This document shows, one piece after another, positions 24,986 through 38,869 of a stretch of DNA of 64,000 nucleotides. Every line of letters begins with the position of its first letter. Positions within the stretch are counted from its first letter, which is position 1. The notes under the pieces are model-generated. The model was not told the origin of the DNA. It ran no database searches and worked only from the letters and a program-made list of their open reading frames with translations. Position numbers and translations under genes: made by a program. The DNA comes from Tubiluchus corallicola (Eukaryota > Animalia > Priapulida). The stretch lies in NCBI GenBank assembly GCA_030141605.1, contig JAQGDQ010000134.1, forward strand, positions 62,001 to 126,000. Reading direction: 5' to 3'.

Positions 24986-27900
24986 GATTTGTTGCTTATT
25001 AATTCAAATCGGTTACGTTCAAAACAGAGCAGCTCAGTCCCCTTTACCCATTATTGGGCTTGTTTCCCTACAAAATAAAACTGTTTTTATCACAAATTCA
25101 GCCAGTTTTATCATAATCTTCTTTGTTGGATAGTGTTTGTGTGTTTTTACCCCACACGAGCCCCATTTTGTTCGAGTTCTTTTGTTGCGCCAAATGACAA
25201 TAATGTAATTTCCATCTATTGAGTGCCTTAATACGACAAAATTGTGCTGATAATTTCTCGTCTAACAAAAGCAGTGTGCACGTCTCACGTAGTGTAGGGT
25301 AAAAAGATGGCCAACAGACTAACCCTCCCTCCTACGCCCATGGAGGATGGGAGCAGTTAGGTTCGTGACACTCATGTTCCGCTTGTTATTAAGAGTGTTT
25401 TCTCGTTTAGAATTGCAGCTGAAGCTCACCCAATTAACTTTGCTATTGTCCAGTCTATTGTTCATACGCATGTCCCAGTGAAGAGACCCAAGAGAGTGGA
25501 GAGGAGGTTGAGCTGTTTGAGTCACAAGCTGGTGCTTGGGTGGTTTTTATACTGTGTTCAGTTTTGGACATTGGTTCTTATTTTCAGGGTCCAAATGACA
25601 TAACTACTATTGCATGCCTTATTGCTGTTTTTTGAAGGATTGCTTGTAATATAAAAATCAGCGGAAACAAGAGCTTACTAAGATTTTTGCAACCGGCCAT
25701 ATAATATAATGCACCGTGGCATTGTTATTCTTGTTCATATTTGGTAATAATAAATCACTGGCTTTTTATTAAGAATTAGATTCCCACGCAGCAAGAACTT
25801 ATTTTGGTATGATTTTAAATTTCGACATTCATAATGCAATTTTTATTCTCGCTAAAACTTTTTTCTGCACAACTGCTTAATTTCACAGTCAAGCATTTTA
25901 AGGTCTTTTACGTCAGTAATTTCTTACACCAAAATTGGGGCGAATTGCACAACATTGTTTATTATCAACCGAAAACAATCATGGTTTATTATTTAATTTT
26001 CTTTAAATTTGATCTGCAGTTCGACGGCAATGTTCATTGCCCTGGCACTCTTTCAGCAATACTATGATTTATTAAATATGGATGTGAGGCTACGCATTTG
26101 TCATGCAGCTAAGTTACATAAATGATTCACGTGAACTGAGTGACGACACAGACTAATGAAGCAATATCGAATGATTATAGCCTAATTATTCTGTCTCTGG
26201 ACTGCATAAACAAACAAACATATACGTGGTCTTGTAGAACGTACCATTAAGACAACTAAACTAACATGTAAAAAACGTTATGAACAAACGTTACGTTGTT
26301 CATAATAATATGAATAATCTAGTAATCAATGACAGGAACGTCTACAATCAAAAGTATTTTCCAAAATCTACCTAATTACGCTAATTCCGCTGCAATTTTC
26401 AGTGGCGGGAACATAGCCAAGTGGTCACTCTGTCGAAGTTCAGCAGGGCCGAGGCTAGTCAGTAAATTGGTGGCTGACCTTTGACACTCGCATTCGCCCG
26501 ATTGCCAACTCTGCTGGTTCAGTGATTCCCTTAATAATAAGCCAGGCTCCGGTCTCGCCACAAATCTTTATGTACTTTATTCTTGCATAGTTTAAAATTG
26601 TTTTTTCTTCCCATTTAAACATTAGCGCGTTGTTTGCATAAAACCATTTGTGAAAATTGCATAATGTTCTTTGTATGTTGATAAACAGTGTTGTTTGTCT
26701 TTTCCATGCAGTTAATTTATAATAAGCAATTGTCCACCCGCATGTTATATCTAATTCTGTTTTGAGAATCATATTAACTGCATCCATGTCTGTCTGTCTA
26801 CGACTTCCTCTTTCAGTTTCCCTTTGTCCCCAGGAGTGATCCAATTAGTCTTGCAGTGCAGTACTGTGTTTGCATTTAAGAAAGTGTAACGGCAACCAAG
26901 GTTGTCTGGACAGGAAGAGAGGAACCTAAGGACTTTGTTTTCTGTAAAGGCCCATATGTTCAGAGGAAAATCCCACGGCTTAACCGAGTGCCGTACTGGC
27001 CCGTGTGCTGTATGTCAACTGAGCATTTGACCAAGGTTGGATATTGTTTGATTAGGAGCTTAAATAATGAATGACTGGTTTTGCTCACAGCCTCCTCCTG
27101 ATGATAATCTTCAAATCCTCTCAAAACCAGGTGCAATTGCAAACACTGTTAATGGTGTACCCACTCACTCGGTGCTCTACAATGTCATGGGACATACAGC
27201 TACCGTTATGGTAGACTTGCACACAGCAAACTGTAAAAGCCTGTAATACGATGTTCTTGAAAGGTAACCTATAATAAAGAGGAAAACGATTTAGTAATAG
27301 TCTTGCTATATGGTAGGACTAACTTTCATTTCACTATTATGTCGTTATAAGATATTAAGCACAATATTAGTTGCATGAATTGATTTTATAAGATCACTAA
27401 AATTGTATTTATTATAAATCGATCGCTATTATTAATTGATCTTATTTTATACACAATATTTTGTAACTATTCTTAGAGCAGATTGATTTAGTATGTTATT
27501 ATATGGTTACACTAACCTTAATTGTTAATATATACCACTATTATATATTCGGTTGTATACAATATGTATTAGTTGCTACAAATTGATGCTGATAAAACAC
27601 TTTTGCATGGGATGTTTTATTAATAACACTGTATGTTTTGTGTGCTACTAACTTGTAAAGTTTTGTGCTAGTTTATTAGTAGCACAACAGCACCAAATTA
27701 GCTTAATGGGCAGAAATAATCATCCACTTTGTTATTTTCGACAGGTGACCACCCATAATTATACTTAATGCTAAAATTTATGCTACAGAAATTATACTTC
27801 AAATGTGCCGCACGGCTCTATTTTGTAAACAGCTAAACCTCTTTTTGGGTTTAAGCACCTCTTGAGTGTAAGTGTGGAGCCTATAATTTACTTCCATGCA

Positions 27901-29729
27901 CCTACTTTGGGTAATCTTTTTATAGACAGGAAACGATGAAGCGGTCATTTTTCCAACATGAAATGAGGGGCGCTGATGTCGTAGGTGTAGTTGGATGTCC
28001 ACTGCCTGCTTTCAGGAACTTCGCCGGTGGTCCACTGCATAGATCTTTTAAAATGTTCATTGCTGTTCTTTTGCGATTATTTTGCATTTCTTTTTGATGG
28101 TCCGGCGCTTGTGTGGTGTAACATCTAGTGTCTTTTTTCCTGATAGGTCCACTGTTGTTTGTGGTTTCTTTTTGATGGAGAAAGATCGTCCTTGGTGTCT
28201 TCATTGACATTTGCCCTCTCCGGCCACCCTCCAAAGCGTGGAACAGCGTTTTTTTGGTAACGCCTTGTTCCATGGCCCATTTAGTATAATCGTCTTCGTA
28301 TGCGTTTTTTGCCCTTTTTCTGTGTTTTTTTTTTTGTTTCTTTTTTCCGTGGTATCTTTTGGAGTACATATGTGCAGATTATAGCTCTAAGACACTTTTA
28401 CAAGGAGAAGCAGGACAAACGATAACTCTTTCCGCTTACATTATTTAAAAAGCAGTTTATAAGTAATTGTGACTTTACCATTAATTTTAGAAATGGGTAA
28501 ATAAATAGGCCGATCGGATGAATATATTAATTTGCCATGTGTAATCCAGATTAATGTAGGCAACGAGTTTTAAGGGATTTCGCTCTAAGCTATTAGTATC
28601 ATCTTCTTGCCATTAATTAACAAAGACTCATTAAGACAAGCAATTAGCTCCTTATTTGCACAGATTGTGTGACACTGTTTGATTGATGCGAGTGTGACCT
28701 GATCGCATCTGTTACTGAGGGCTTTAAAGGGCACTGACTGCAGGGGCTGTTTGCAAGAGGAACTCCATGGGCTGACGAATGGCAAACCACACTCGGATTA
28801 ATTGTACACGCGCCTCGTCTTGCAATCTGTGTGACTCTTTGTGGGTTTGCGTTTTTTTGCAAGCGCGGCTTTTGTGTAAAGAAATATTGGCATTAAACGC
28901 TAAATGGTTTACAGTTGTAAAAAAGACAAAAACGTCTTTCTGGGTTAATTAAATTTTTAAACAACTGTCTCGCTTTTGAAACTTCGTTACGTAACTTGTA
29001 TAGCAAACAGTAGTCTGTGTGGTCAGAGTCTCTTCTAGAGCATAGTGTTGTGGTTTATGACGCATCGATTTTAACCGCCAATCTTCAGCAAACCTTGTCA
29101 ATTCTGAGCTGCAGTCGCATTGTGAAGTTTGAAAACTAATCTTGTTCAAACAAAAAACAAAAAATAGCTCACTTTCGAGTTCTCGGCCATCTCTTCGGCT
29201 CAAGGATTTAAAGAAACTGTTTCCCGTTGGTGGTTCATTCACTGATGCCACTATTGCCACGGCTACATCTAATTTGAATTGCTCGGAACATGGCATTGCT
29301 CTATACCATAATTATACCACTTATGCGGCTTCGTCAAAATTACTGGTGCATCAAGATGACATCATTCTCACGCAGCAATGATGTCTGGTTGTAGCTTGCG
29401 ATTTCATTGGTCATAAATGCAGGTATATACAGCCTGCTTCTGCATTGCCTCAGTGGTTATGGCAGCATCAGTCTCTTCTCTCGTGGCTGTTGTGTTTGTG
29501 ATCTTTAGCTGTAATATCCGTTAGTCATTAATCCTTGTGAAATGTGAAGGAAGCCAACACGGCTTAACGTTGAGAAACAGCAGCAGTTATCAGAATCCTC
29601 GGCCTCGCGAAATCTTTTTGGTAAACAGCAAAACACTGTAAAAAATAAAAAGACAAAAAGCGATGTTAAAAAAAGATGGCATGGTCAAGCTGGTTTTACA
29701 TTTTTGAACAAAGTTGTATAAACGCCTCT

Positions 29730-29899
29730 GGCTTAAGTTTACAATTTCCCACACACAAGAAATTAGTTCGTGAAGGAGATTAGGATTAGAGTTAGGGAAT
29801 TGGGGTTAGGGTTAGGGATGTGGTTAAGTTAGGGTTAGGGGTACAGCTAAGAGTTAGGGTTAGGTATTTAAATTGTGTAGGGAATTGTAAACTCCTTCC
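29730..29899. mobile_element. 170-bp MITE with TIRs, 8-bp TSD and internal TTAGGG-like repeats
   Basis: TSD ACGCCTCT at 29722-29729 and 29900-29907. Both ends read GGnnnnAGTTTACAATT(T/C)CC(C/T)ACACA in inverted orientation. The interior is degenerate (TTAGGG)n. Confidence 0.75.
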
Positions 29900-31172
29900 A
29901 CGCCTCTATAGCCTACAGATGTTACAAGTGCTTGTTGTATACTATGCTAATATTCAGTTTTGCTTCACTTAAATTACGTTTGTCCCAATGTAGATGACAT
30001 TTTGCTAGAAGTTTTATTAATAGCATGGCGACAGAATCTCTTCAGAGCGTTTTTAAACATTTTGCAGTTGCAAATGCCGAAAGTGTATCTGTGTTCCTGC
30101 CCCAAAATTACATCTGCGGCGACTGTTTCACTCTGATTTAGCACTAGTGTTCTTTTTCATCACAATGGCGTCACAGCAGGTCGCTTGTGCACGTCAAAGA
30201 ACTGTCGTTCAAAAATGGTCTCGTTGGAATTATCTTTTTGCAAAACGACGTAGCGTGAGGTATATTATATTCCTAAGATCAGAGTATAAATCAAATCATA
30301 CGGATTTATTAATGACATAATTCTCCTGGTACCGGCACATAGCTACTTAGTCATGTCGTTTATGATCTGTTCCACAACCTATAAATGTCTGGCTGATGAT
30401 ATTACGCTTGGTAATTGTAATACAGTACAGTAATATGAACTGAGTCGGTTACACAGGAACGAACACTGATATTAAAAGCTACACATTTAATACGTATACA
30501 CAATACACAATACGTATACACAGTACAGATTCGATTGTCATGTTTTATAACCGTGAATGATATACAGATTCATTTTGTTTGAATTAATTTTTGACACGTC
30601 ATCTATAAAGCTTCGATTCACAGAAAGATACCATTTAGATCATTTGTTCTCATTTTTGTTCTCTCACTCTCCTCTCTTTCGCTCTCTCTCTTTTTCTCTC
30701 TCTCGCTCTCTCTCTCTCTTTCCAAAAAACAAATTAGCGAATAATTGGTTTCAAGCCTCTCTTTTGAAATGTGGCGCCACACCATTTCCCTCTTCAAGAG
30801 GAAGATCTGCAATTGTTGGAAAATTTTACGTATTTTACACGGTGAAGCCATTTTATGTTGGTAAATAGCTTGTGCATTTGTAAATCCTTAAAGCGGCATT
30901 TAAAGATGTAAAAACCAAAATTTAACTAAAACATTTGAGTTTTGACAGCTTCAGCATATCTGCTCTACAAACATGCCTAACAAATTTCCTTTCTTCCTTC
31001 CTTTATTCTTTGTTTTCCTAGTCAGGATTTTTTACAAAACTAATTAATGCGCACGTAACACCATCAATCTTGTTGCAAAAACACAAGTGTTGATTCTATG
31101 GTCTTTGAAACAAGCACGCCACATTCCAAAGGCGTGCTGTCTGAATTTACTATTTATACATGTCCACAATTA

Positions 31173-31179
<7 letters not shown>

Positions 31180-31216
<37 letters not shown>

Positions 31217-31256
31217 GTGTGTGTGTGCGTGCGTGCGTGTGCGTGTGCGTGTGTGT
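31180..31256. repeat. (GT)n/(GCGT)n microsatellite
   Basis: Direct reading. Confidence 0.95.
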
Positions 31257-31435
31257 TATAATACATTTTGAAAGATTTATTCTGAAATATTACTTGATTG
31301 TTTTTTAACTTCTCATTCTCATTTCATATAAGGCTTTTTTATTTTTTATACCTTATTTGCTAACAAGAGAGCATTTTTTTTAAAATTTTTAATTAATTCA
31401 ACTTGTTTATTGTTGTTGTTTTGAAGATTCCACCA

Positions 31436-31565
31436 ACATAACATAATGTGATAACATAACATAACATAACATAACATAACATAACATAACATAACATAAC
31501 ATAACATAACATAACATAACATAACATAACATAGCATAACGTAACAACATAATATAACACAATAT
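31436..31565. repeat. (ACATA)n pentanucleotide repeat
   Basis: Direct reading. Confidence 0.95.
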
Positions 31566-33004
31566 AACTCTTTATTTATCTTGCAATACACATACAGTAT
31601 ACAGTTATAATACAAATAATAATTTGAAAAAAAATTGTGAAGAAAGACAAAACTTTTTAGTAAGAATGAATCACTATTAGGTGCATAATAATCAGCAGCT
31701 AACTGTTAGGCATAAAAACGGAACGAAACACGACAGAAGTAGAAAATCCATGAAAAGATGAGGGCATTTTCCGCTAATACCTTTTCTGCTTATTTTACGC
31801 CAATCCTTTTTTATGATTATTTTTTACAGGTACTTTTGTCTGGTGTCATTTATTGCGCTCTCTGCTGGATATTGTTACCTTTAATCATTTTTCTTACTCC
31901 TTTTACGTGTTTTTTAAAATATTTTTCGTGTCTGCCCTTTCTGTTAACTGCCGAATCTTTTCTGTAGATTTTTCGACAGTTCTATGTTGATTTTGTCTCA
32001 TTTTTTAGTACTTTCTGAGATAATAGCTTTTTCACTCTGTGACATAGAGCACCTTTTGTACGGGTCACATGTAAAGCATTTAGGAGGATGTAAACTTTTT
32101 GCCTCGAGTAATAGCGATATATCATCCATTTTGCCGAGATGGATACTGAGCGGGTGTTTCCCGCTTTCACTGTTTTAGCGAGGAATAGGATCTCTGCTAG
32201 GAAGTAGTTTTACTAAATAACCCAAACCTGGAATTCGTCGTTCTACATTTTTCTGTTAGTTAGACACATTTTCAGAGAGACCGAACAAGGCTGAAGCAGG
32301 TGGTGCAAGAGTAGCGCTTTCGACACCGTCCTGCTGTAGATCATTTTAAATCCATTTGTTGTGACGTTAGCCGAATTATTAATGGTTGTTTGACTACAGC
32401 ACTTTCATCCAGTTATTAATGACCATGTTTCTGTCAATTCACCTTCGCAAACAAAAATCAAATGAGCGCATGCTGCGTAACTGCTGCAAGTTTTGGGTCG
32501 ACAATTTTTGGTGCACACTCTGCAAAAGTTTGAGTCAAAGATCTTTGGTAGCATCATGCTACAGTAGTCTTGGAGTTAAAAATATTTAGTGTAGCTGCTG
32601 CAATCCTTTGAATCAAAAGATTTCAAAATTTTCGAGATTTAATGGGCACTTTTATTTCTTTATCTTTATGACCATGACAAGTCTCAGAAGAGCACTGCCT
32701 TATTTTCAAAATTTTGATGCGCACTGCTACAATAGCTTGAGCCAAATATCATTGGTATCATTGGTCCTTTGATGCATGACCTCCCAAGCGATTAGAGTAA
32801 AAAATATCTTGAGTGAATATGAGTGAATAGTATATTGAGTGAATGATCTTTGGTTCCGGATCCGGATCTTACGGTTGCAGCATTTGGGGTCATTGATTGT
32901 TATTTCATAGTACTTTCAATTGAAAGATCTCTGTAGTGGCTTCACTGGAAGTTCTTGGCTTCACTCTGTCCCAGTTTTGGGGGTCTCAGATCTGTACTGC
33001 ATTG

Positions 33005-33224
33005 TGCGTTAGGATTCCTCACGAAAATGGAACATGCAGTGTTTCTAGCATGCGGCAATTTTCCTCATGAGGAGCACGCAATGCATCTAGCTGGCGACAG
33101 AATTCCTCACGGGGAATTTTGCAGCGCGTTCTCACTGTGAAATGGGCCTTAGAAAATGATGTCCCATTTTCGTGAGGAACGCTGCAAGGAATTTCTCCTT
33201 GAGCTATTTTGTGAAATGGGCCTG
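33005..33224. mobile_element. PIF/Harbinger-like MITE remnants
   Basis: Terminal-type motif GTGAAATGGGCC occurs twice (about 33138 and 33211), with internal repeated TTCCTCAC/GTGAGGAA motifs. Family assignment is by resemblance. Confidence 0.4.
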
Positions 33225-34611
33225 AAAGAGTAAGCGCTTGGGCCGTACCTGAATGGTAAAGGCTTCGAAGCCGCCCGGGAGCGCTGCTTAGATTGTGAGA
33301 ATTCCAAAACTGGCACTACGTTTGGTTAGTTTTGAGACAGTATTTAGTCCGTGTGCCAGCAGGACATCTTTCGGGCTCCTGTCACCACCGCGTTGATGTA
33401 ATTTATAATTAACTTTCCAAGGCATATGATATCTAGTTTGTCCTCGAAAATGACACCTCATTCCATGCGTCCAGTCAGTAGTAAACTTTTCAAATGAAAA
33501 TCTTAAATTTTACTCCTAGTACAACTATCTACAAATATACACAGTGTTTCTCACGTATATCGGTTGTTTGGGTTGCATATGTGCTGCACAATGCGTTTTT
33601 GTTGGAACAGTAAAATGCGTTTTACTGTATTTCATTTCAATGCTACAAATTCCATTCTGTATTGATTGCAAACTAGTAGGATATTGCACGCATAAATTAA
33701 TCATTAATAATTACCTCTTGTTGTTGAAAACCATGGCACCATACCTGGATTGCAATGTTGAAATCTCAGCCGTTGACGAATTGAAATTGAGTGTGTTTAA
33801 TGATGGATGATGAAGGTATGACGAATGGTCATGAGTTGGTTACCTTAGAGCGAAGCTAGAGTTAACCCTTTTGTTTGCATGCAAGAGTGCTTACCCGAGT
33901 TTAGTGCGCATGCGCAAATGAAAACGTCGGTGTTTTTTTTACAGAAATTGGCTTCACATTCAACTTCGTTTTGCTTCAATATCAAATTATATGCAAAGAA
34001 ATGTTGTACATGTATTTAACATGTGGAGTCTCGGTTCCGTTTATTTTCAATATGGACAAGTAAAATTCTGTCGCATTTCATTGCCTTTAGCTTCTTGAAG
34101 GTCACCCAACGTCACCTGAAGTCTTAAATCAAGATTTCTAGGCTGTTACATAGAACATCTACACATCCACTAATTACTTTTTCAAACGTTTTATGTTAAC
34201 CGTGATATACTGACAGTAATTGAATTATTTCAGTGAACACTAAAACAGAAAAACTAAAAGAATTTGTGATAAAACCGTTTTTCATGTAACATCAGGTTAT
34301 GAAAGATTGCATCCTTAATACCTGCTGTAGATCACATAGAGAACACACCTATATGCATGACTGCTAGGCAGAAAGTTCGCTCACTGCAACAAAGATATAA
34401 TTGTTGCTGAAAAGTAAAACCGTCAGAAAATATCTGCATCAGTTTTGAAGTGTTGAAAATCTTTGTGGTTTCTGTCAGACTTCGTTAGCTTCACTTTTCA
34501 ACGGACAGGGCAATCTTGTTCGCGCCGGTAAATTTATTCCCATCATTTTGAATCGCAGCGTTTTGGCGTGAGGCTTTCCAATGTCAACACAGTTAGCAGC
34601 AAGATGTGATG

Positions 34612-34980
34612 TTAAAAGGTAAGAAAGGGCAGTTTTAAAGTACGTCCCAAAAAAATTCCATACGCTTATCCGCCTTAAAGACTTACGTAATTGGAAAAGA
34701 AATTTTTGGTAATTTAGAGTTCGCGCTAGTTGGTAAAACGTCACAAACGTCACTGACTCACCTTCCCAGCGTACACCACTGACTCACCAAAAAATGTATT
34801 TTTAATCTTATTTAAAAAAATACAGTAATTTATACTTTATCTTAGTTTGGAAAGAGTATAATGCTGTGATTATTTTTTCAAACTTTAGGATATGTTATCT
34901 AAACTTGTTTCAAGCGACTTACCATTAAAATGGCTGCGACTAACAGTCTACCCGGAGTTTAAATTTCAAGTTTTATACAG
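34612..34980 (+). mobile_element. Dispersed non-autonomous DNA element, copy B
   Basis: TTTTAAAGTACGTCCC, TTATTTTTTCAAACTTTA, AAAATGGCTGCG and TTTAAATTTCAAGTTTT are colinear with copies A and C. Confidence 0.6.
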
Positions 34981-35083
34981 TATTACTACTGAGTAAGAGT
35001 CGTTTATATTATCTGACAATAATCCATTTATTGTCTAGCAAGTTAGCACTACATAACTTCTAGCCAAGGGTATTTCACTTAGC

Positions 35084-35470
<387 letters not shown>

Positions 35471-37519
35471 GACTTCAGTTTGGCTACATTTTTTCCCGGC
35501 CCGCTACATATCTTTCGATGACCTGCCATCTTTTGCCGCCGTGTTTTGCACTGGCCCGGCAAACGTTGAAATAAATGGGAGAAACTCGAGTAAATAAACA
35601 CAAGAGTTTAGCATCAAGGAATGGAGCGCATTTGGCAGTATTTCTTCGACATGGATGTGTTTGTTGAAGTTTCTCTGGGAGCGAGTTAGCGCCAGTAACG
35701 ATGCGTGGTTATGGGCTTGCAAACATATTTATTGAACATACGCTGAGAGCGTTTGGAGAAAATTGGTTAATATACCCACTTTACAAAGCTTGTTGTGACG
35801 AGATGCAAGTTTTTTCGTCTGCCTTGCCTCCATTACAGCAGATATTAGAAATGGCGTTCAAATATTGGCTAAAGTCTAAATTCCTGTATTTATGATGAGG
35901 TTATAAACCTTAGTACTAAGAGCAGATTGATGCTTACCTTGTTTCCTTGATGACATATTTTTACATTTTCAAAGACAAGCTTCTATTTAAACCTTTGTAA
36001 CCTCTGAAGTACCCTCATATGGAGCTGGTCCAGACAGTTATGACCATTGTGATGTCTATGCATAGAAACCTGTTCGGTTTCGCTCGCTCGGTGTGAGTCT
36101 ATTGTCGTAATTCTCCCAGTTTTTCACTGAGATTGTTATCTTAAGCGTGTTTAGGTGTTCGAAAGAGGATTTTCGTGTTTTTAAACTGTTAGAGCTGCTG
36201 TGTTCGTGGGTTCAGGGTTCTATTGACCCAGACCTGAGCTGTATGTGATGGACGAACATATGTAATACCTGAACTTTTTTCACGGTTGCTTTTTTATTGT
36301 TAAAATTGAGTTGCTGTGGACGCAAAGTAAGTTCAACTTGCGCATTTGTTTTCAATTGAGAGATTACAGATTACTATGTCCAAGGTTTAAGTAGAATCCA
36401 TTTCATTAGCTTTTTACAAATTAGGTCTTTTTAGGTGCAGAAAATATGTTGTCAGTATATAAACTTCAACTGATTATACGTCTATATATACTACACCAAC
36501 AACTGATTACACTTCATTAATCATTAGTTAATAAATTGTCATCAATAATTTGATTAAAATGCCTCAGCTCACTCCTGAAACTGACGCTGTGTAATTAATA
36601 AAATTAGTTACCCTTCAGTTAAAGCTGAAGAGTTAAGACTAGTTTCCGAAGTTAAACGCGTAGTACTCGCTGTGTTAGTCGCGAAGCTAATCGCTCGTCG
36701 CGAAGCAAATGACTAACACTTTGATGGACGATCACGGGCGATTCTGAAATTCATTAACAATGTATGTCAGGAAGTAAGACTTGGAAGGAGCGAGCCATCT
36801 GTGAATTCAGTAAGTGCTGAATAGTTCCGGCAGTGCTGTGGTAGTTAGGAACTATGATTTACACCTGCTAATTACGATATAGTATCACCCTATTGTCATT
36901 ATTTAAAATACCATATTTAAGAATAACATAATTTCACATGTTCAGAATTTGTTTATTAAAATTATTAAAACATTGCAGCTAGCTAGACACTCAGCCACTT
37001 AATATATGAGATTAACTGGAAAATGACATTTAATTGCAGACAGAAAGTAAACTGTTCCAAATTGTTCAAAACATTTGGCTATTATTTTCATTTATGTGTC
37101 ATCTCCGTAGGGTCCCGTAATTGGTAAAACATTGATTAGACCATTTGATTTGTGTGCTGGATAGGACTGTGACCAGACCAGCATTTCATGCATTCCACTA
37201 TGTTTTCTTGGACTGTAGTTGATAGCTCGTGGCTTAGTCTATCTGTGTATCGGCTTTTCTCATCTTCCCCATGTTTTAGCGTGGTAAACATCGCAAAGGC
37301 TGAACATAAACCTTGCAAAGACGAGACCGACAGACCAAGTTTCACCGTCTTGCATCATCACATACATCAGCAGCCCATTTACTATAAATCAGAACGTGAG
37401 GAATTCCCACATCGTTTACCGGGTCACTATTGAACGGTTTAAACGTGTTTTACGACGCTAAATCTTGTACATTTGTTGTCATTTGTAAAAGCATTAATTT
37501 TATCTGCAGTGACTGAAAA

Positions 37520-37990
37520 TTAAAGGGGAAAACAGAGGATTTTAAAGTATGTCTCAAAAAACTTTCCATACAAAGTTAAATATATCTGTTTTGAAAGACC
37601 TATGCAATTAGAAAAGAAAATTCTAAATAAATCAAAATATTCGCGCCACCTGGTAAAACAGCACTGTATTGTCATCCAACTATGCACCACTTGTTCACCA
37701 AAACACACGTTTTTGATCGTATTCATACTTTTCCTTAGTTGGTGAAAAATGTGCTACGAATGCCTTGGTTATTTTTTTCAAACTTTACGCAATGTTATCA
37801 AAACATTTATTTCAAACGACTTGCCGTTAGATTAGATGCGCCTTACAATCATCGCGGGAGCTTATATTTACAAGTTTTATAAAGCGTTACTGTTAACGCA
37901 AACTCTGCATGCAATAAGACAGCTCTGATTCTCGTAAGTGATACAAAATTTCAGAGGAATTTGTTAAACTTTATTTATTAAGGGTGTCTA
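37520..37990 (+). mobile_element. Dispersed non-autonomous DNA element, copy C
   Basis: Begins TTAAAGGGG and is colinear with copies A and B. Confidence 0.65.
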
Positions 37991-38869
37991 CTTGCACTTG
38001 CTAATGATTTTAGAGGAATGTGAAATTATACACATGTCTGTTACAATTTTTGTCACTACCTTTTTATAAACTTTTTAAAGGATTGTGGGTTCTTTTTTAA
38101 TACGCACGACTAATGCAAGCTGACTAATTAGTGATTAACTATTGTTGAAGTGTAAACGTGTTTGTGTGTCATATTCGAAATTGCTGCTTTACGAATGAAG
38201 AATAGGCGTTGTTACCAGCCGGTGAAACAATCCAAAACAACTAACTAACCAAACATTTAACTAACCAAACAAACAAACAGTCATTCAACCAACCTCATAT
38301 ACCAGCCATGCAAGTAAGTTTGATTCATCATAGTCAGCGAAATACATTACACATGTCCTTTTAATCAGTGAGAAGGACATTAGACAACGAAATACACACC
38401 CTTTACCACAAGCTAGTGCTATTTCGAGTAGTGATGCTAATAGTACTAATAGTGTACTAATGAGAAGTACCGTAAAGATGCCTCCCGTTTACACACCAAG
38501 AATGTGTTACTCGTTATTTACTAGGCTGAAGTCTTCGTGCTGAATTGATTCTGGCTGTCACTCTGTTTGTTTTCCAGTATTCATGTGGATGGCGTAGATC
38601 TAATTATTTGTTTGATGATAACAGAATCAGGGAAAGCTTTTACTTAATTTAGAAGCTATTACTTCTCCGTTTAATCGACGCTGGCGACGCCTGGCTTTCG
38701 ATTTTCGCGCGTGGAAACAGCAGTGAAGACAAACTGATTTGCCAAGATCAAACTTGGGATAGCAAGGCTTTTCCAGTGAAAATCTCATATAAGATTTCGC
38801 GGTAGGCTCTTCTGTATACAAGTGTAGTTCACATATAACATAAGGAACCTTGTACATTTTACACTAAGA

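Noticed and set aside
27799-28369. 149-aa Lys/Arg-rich minus-strand ORF
   Set aside because: Explained by T-run low-complexity sequence on the + strand; no recognisable homology.
29785-29866. True telomere or chromosome fusion site
   Set aside because: Short, degenerate, single-orientation and enclosed by TIRs and a TSD.
37280-37395. Exon-like segment (ttttAG...AAC|GTGAGG; VVNIAKAEHKPCKDETDRPSF...)
   Set aside because: Its open frame needs a phase-2 upstream exon but exon 1 ends in phase 1 (immediate stop); no recognisable homology.
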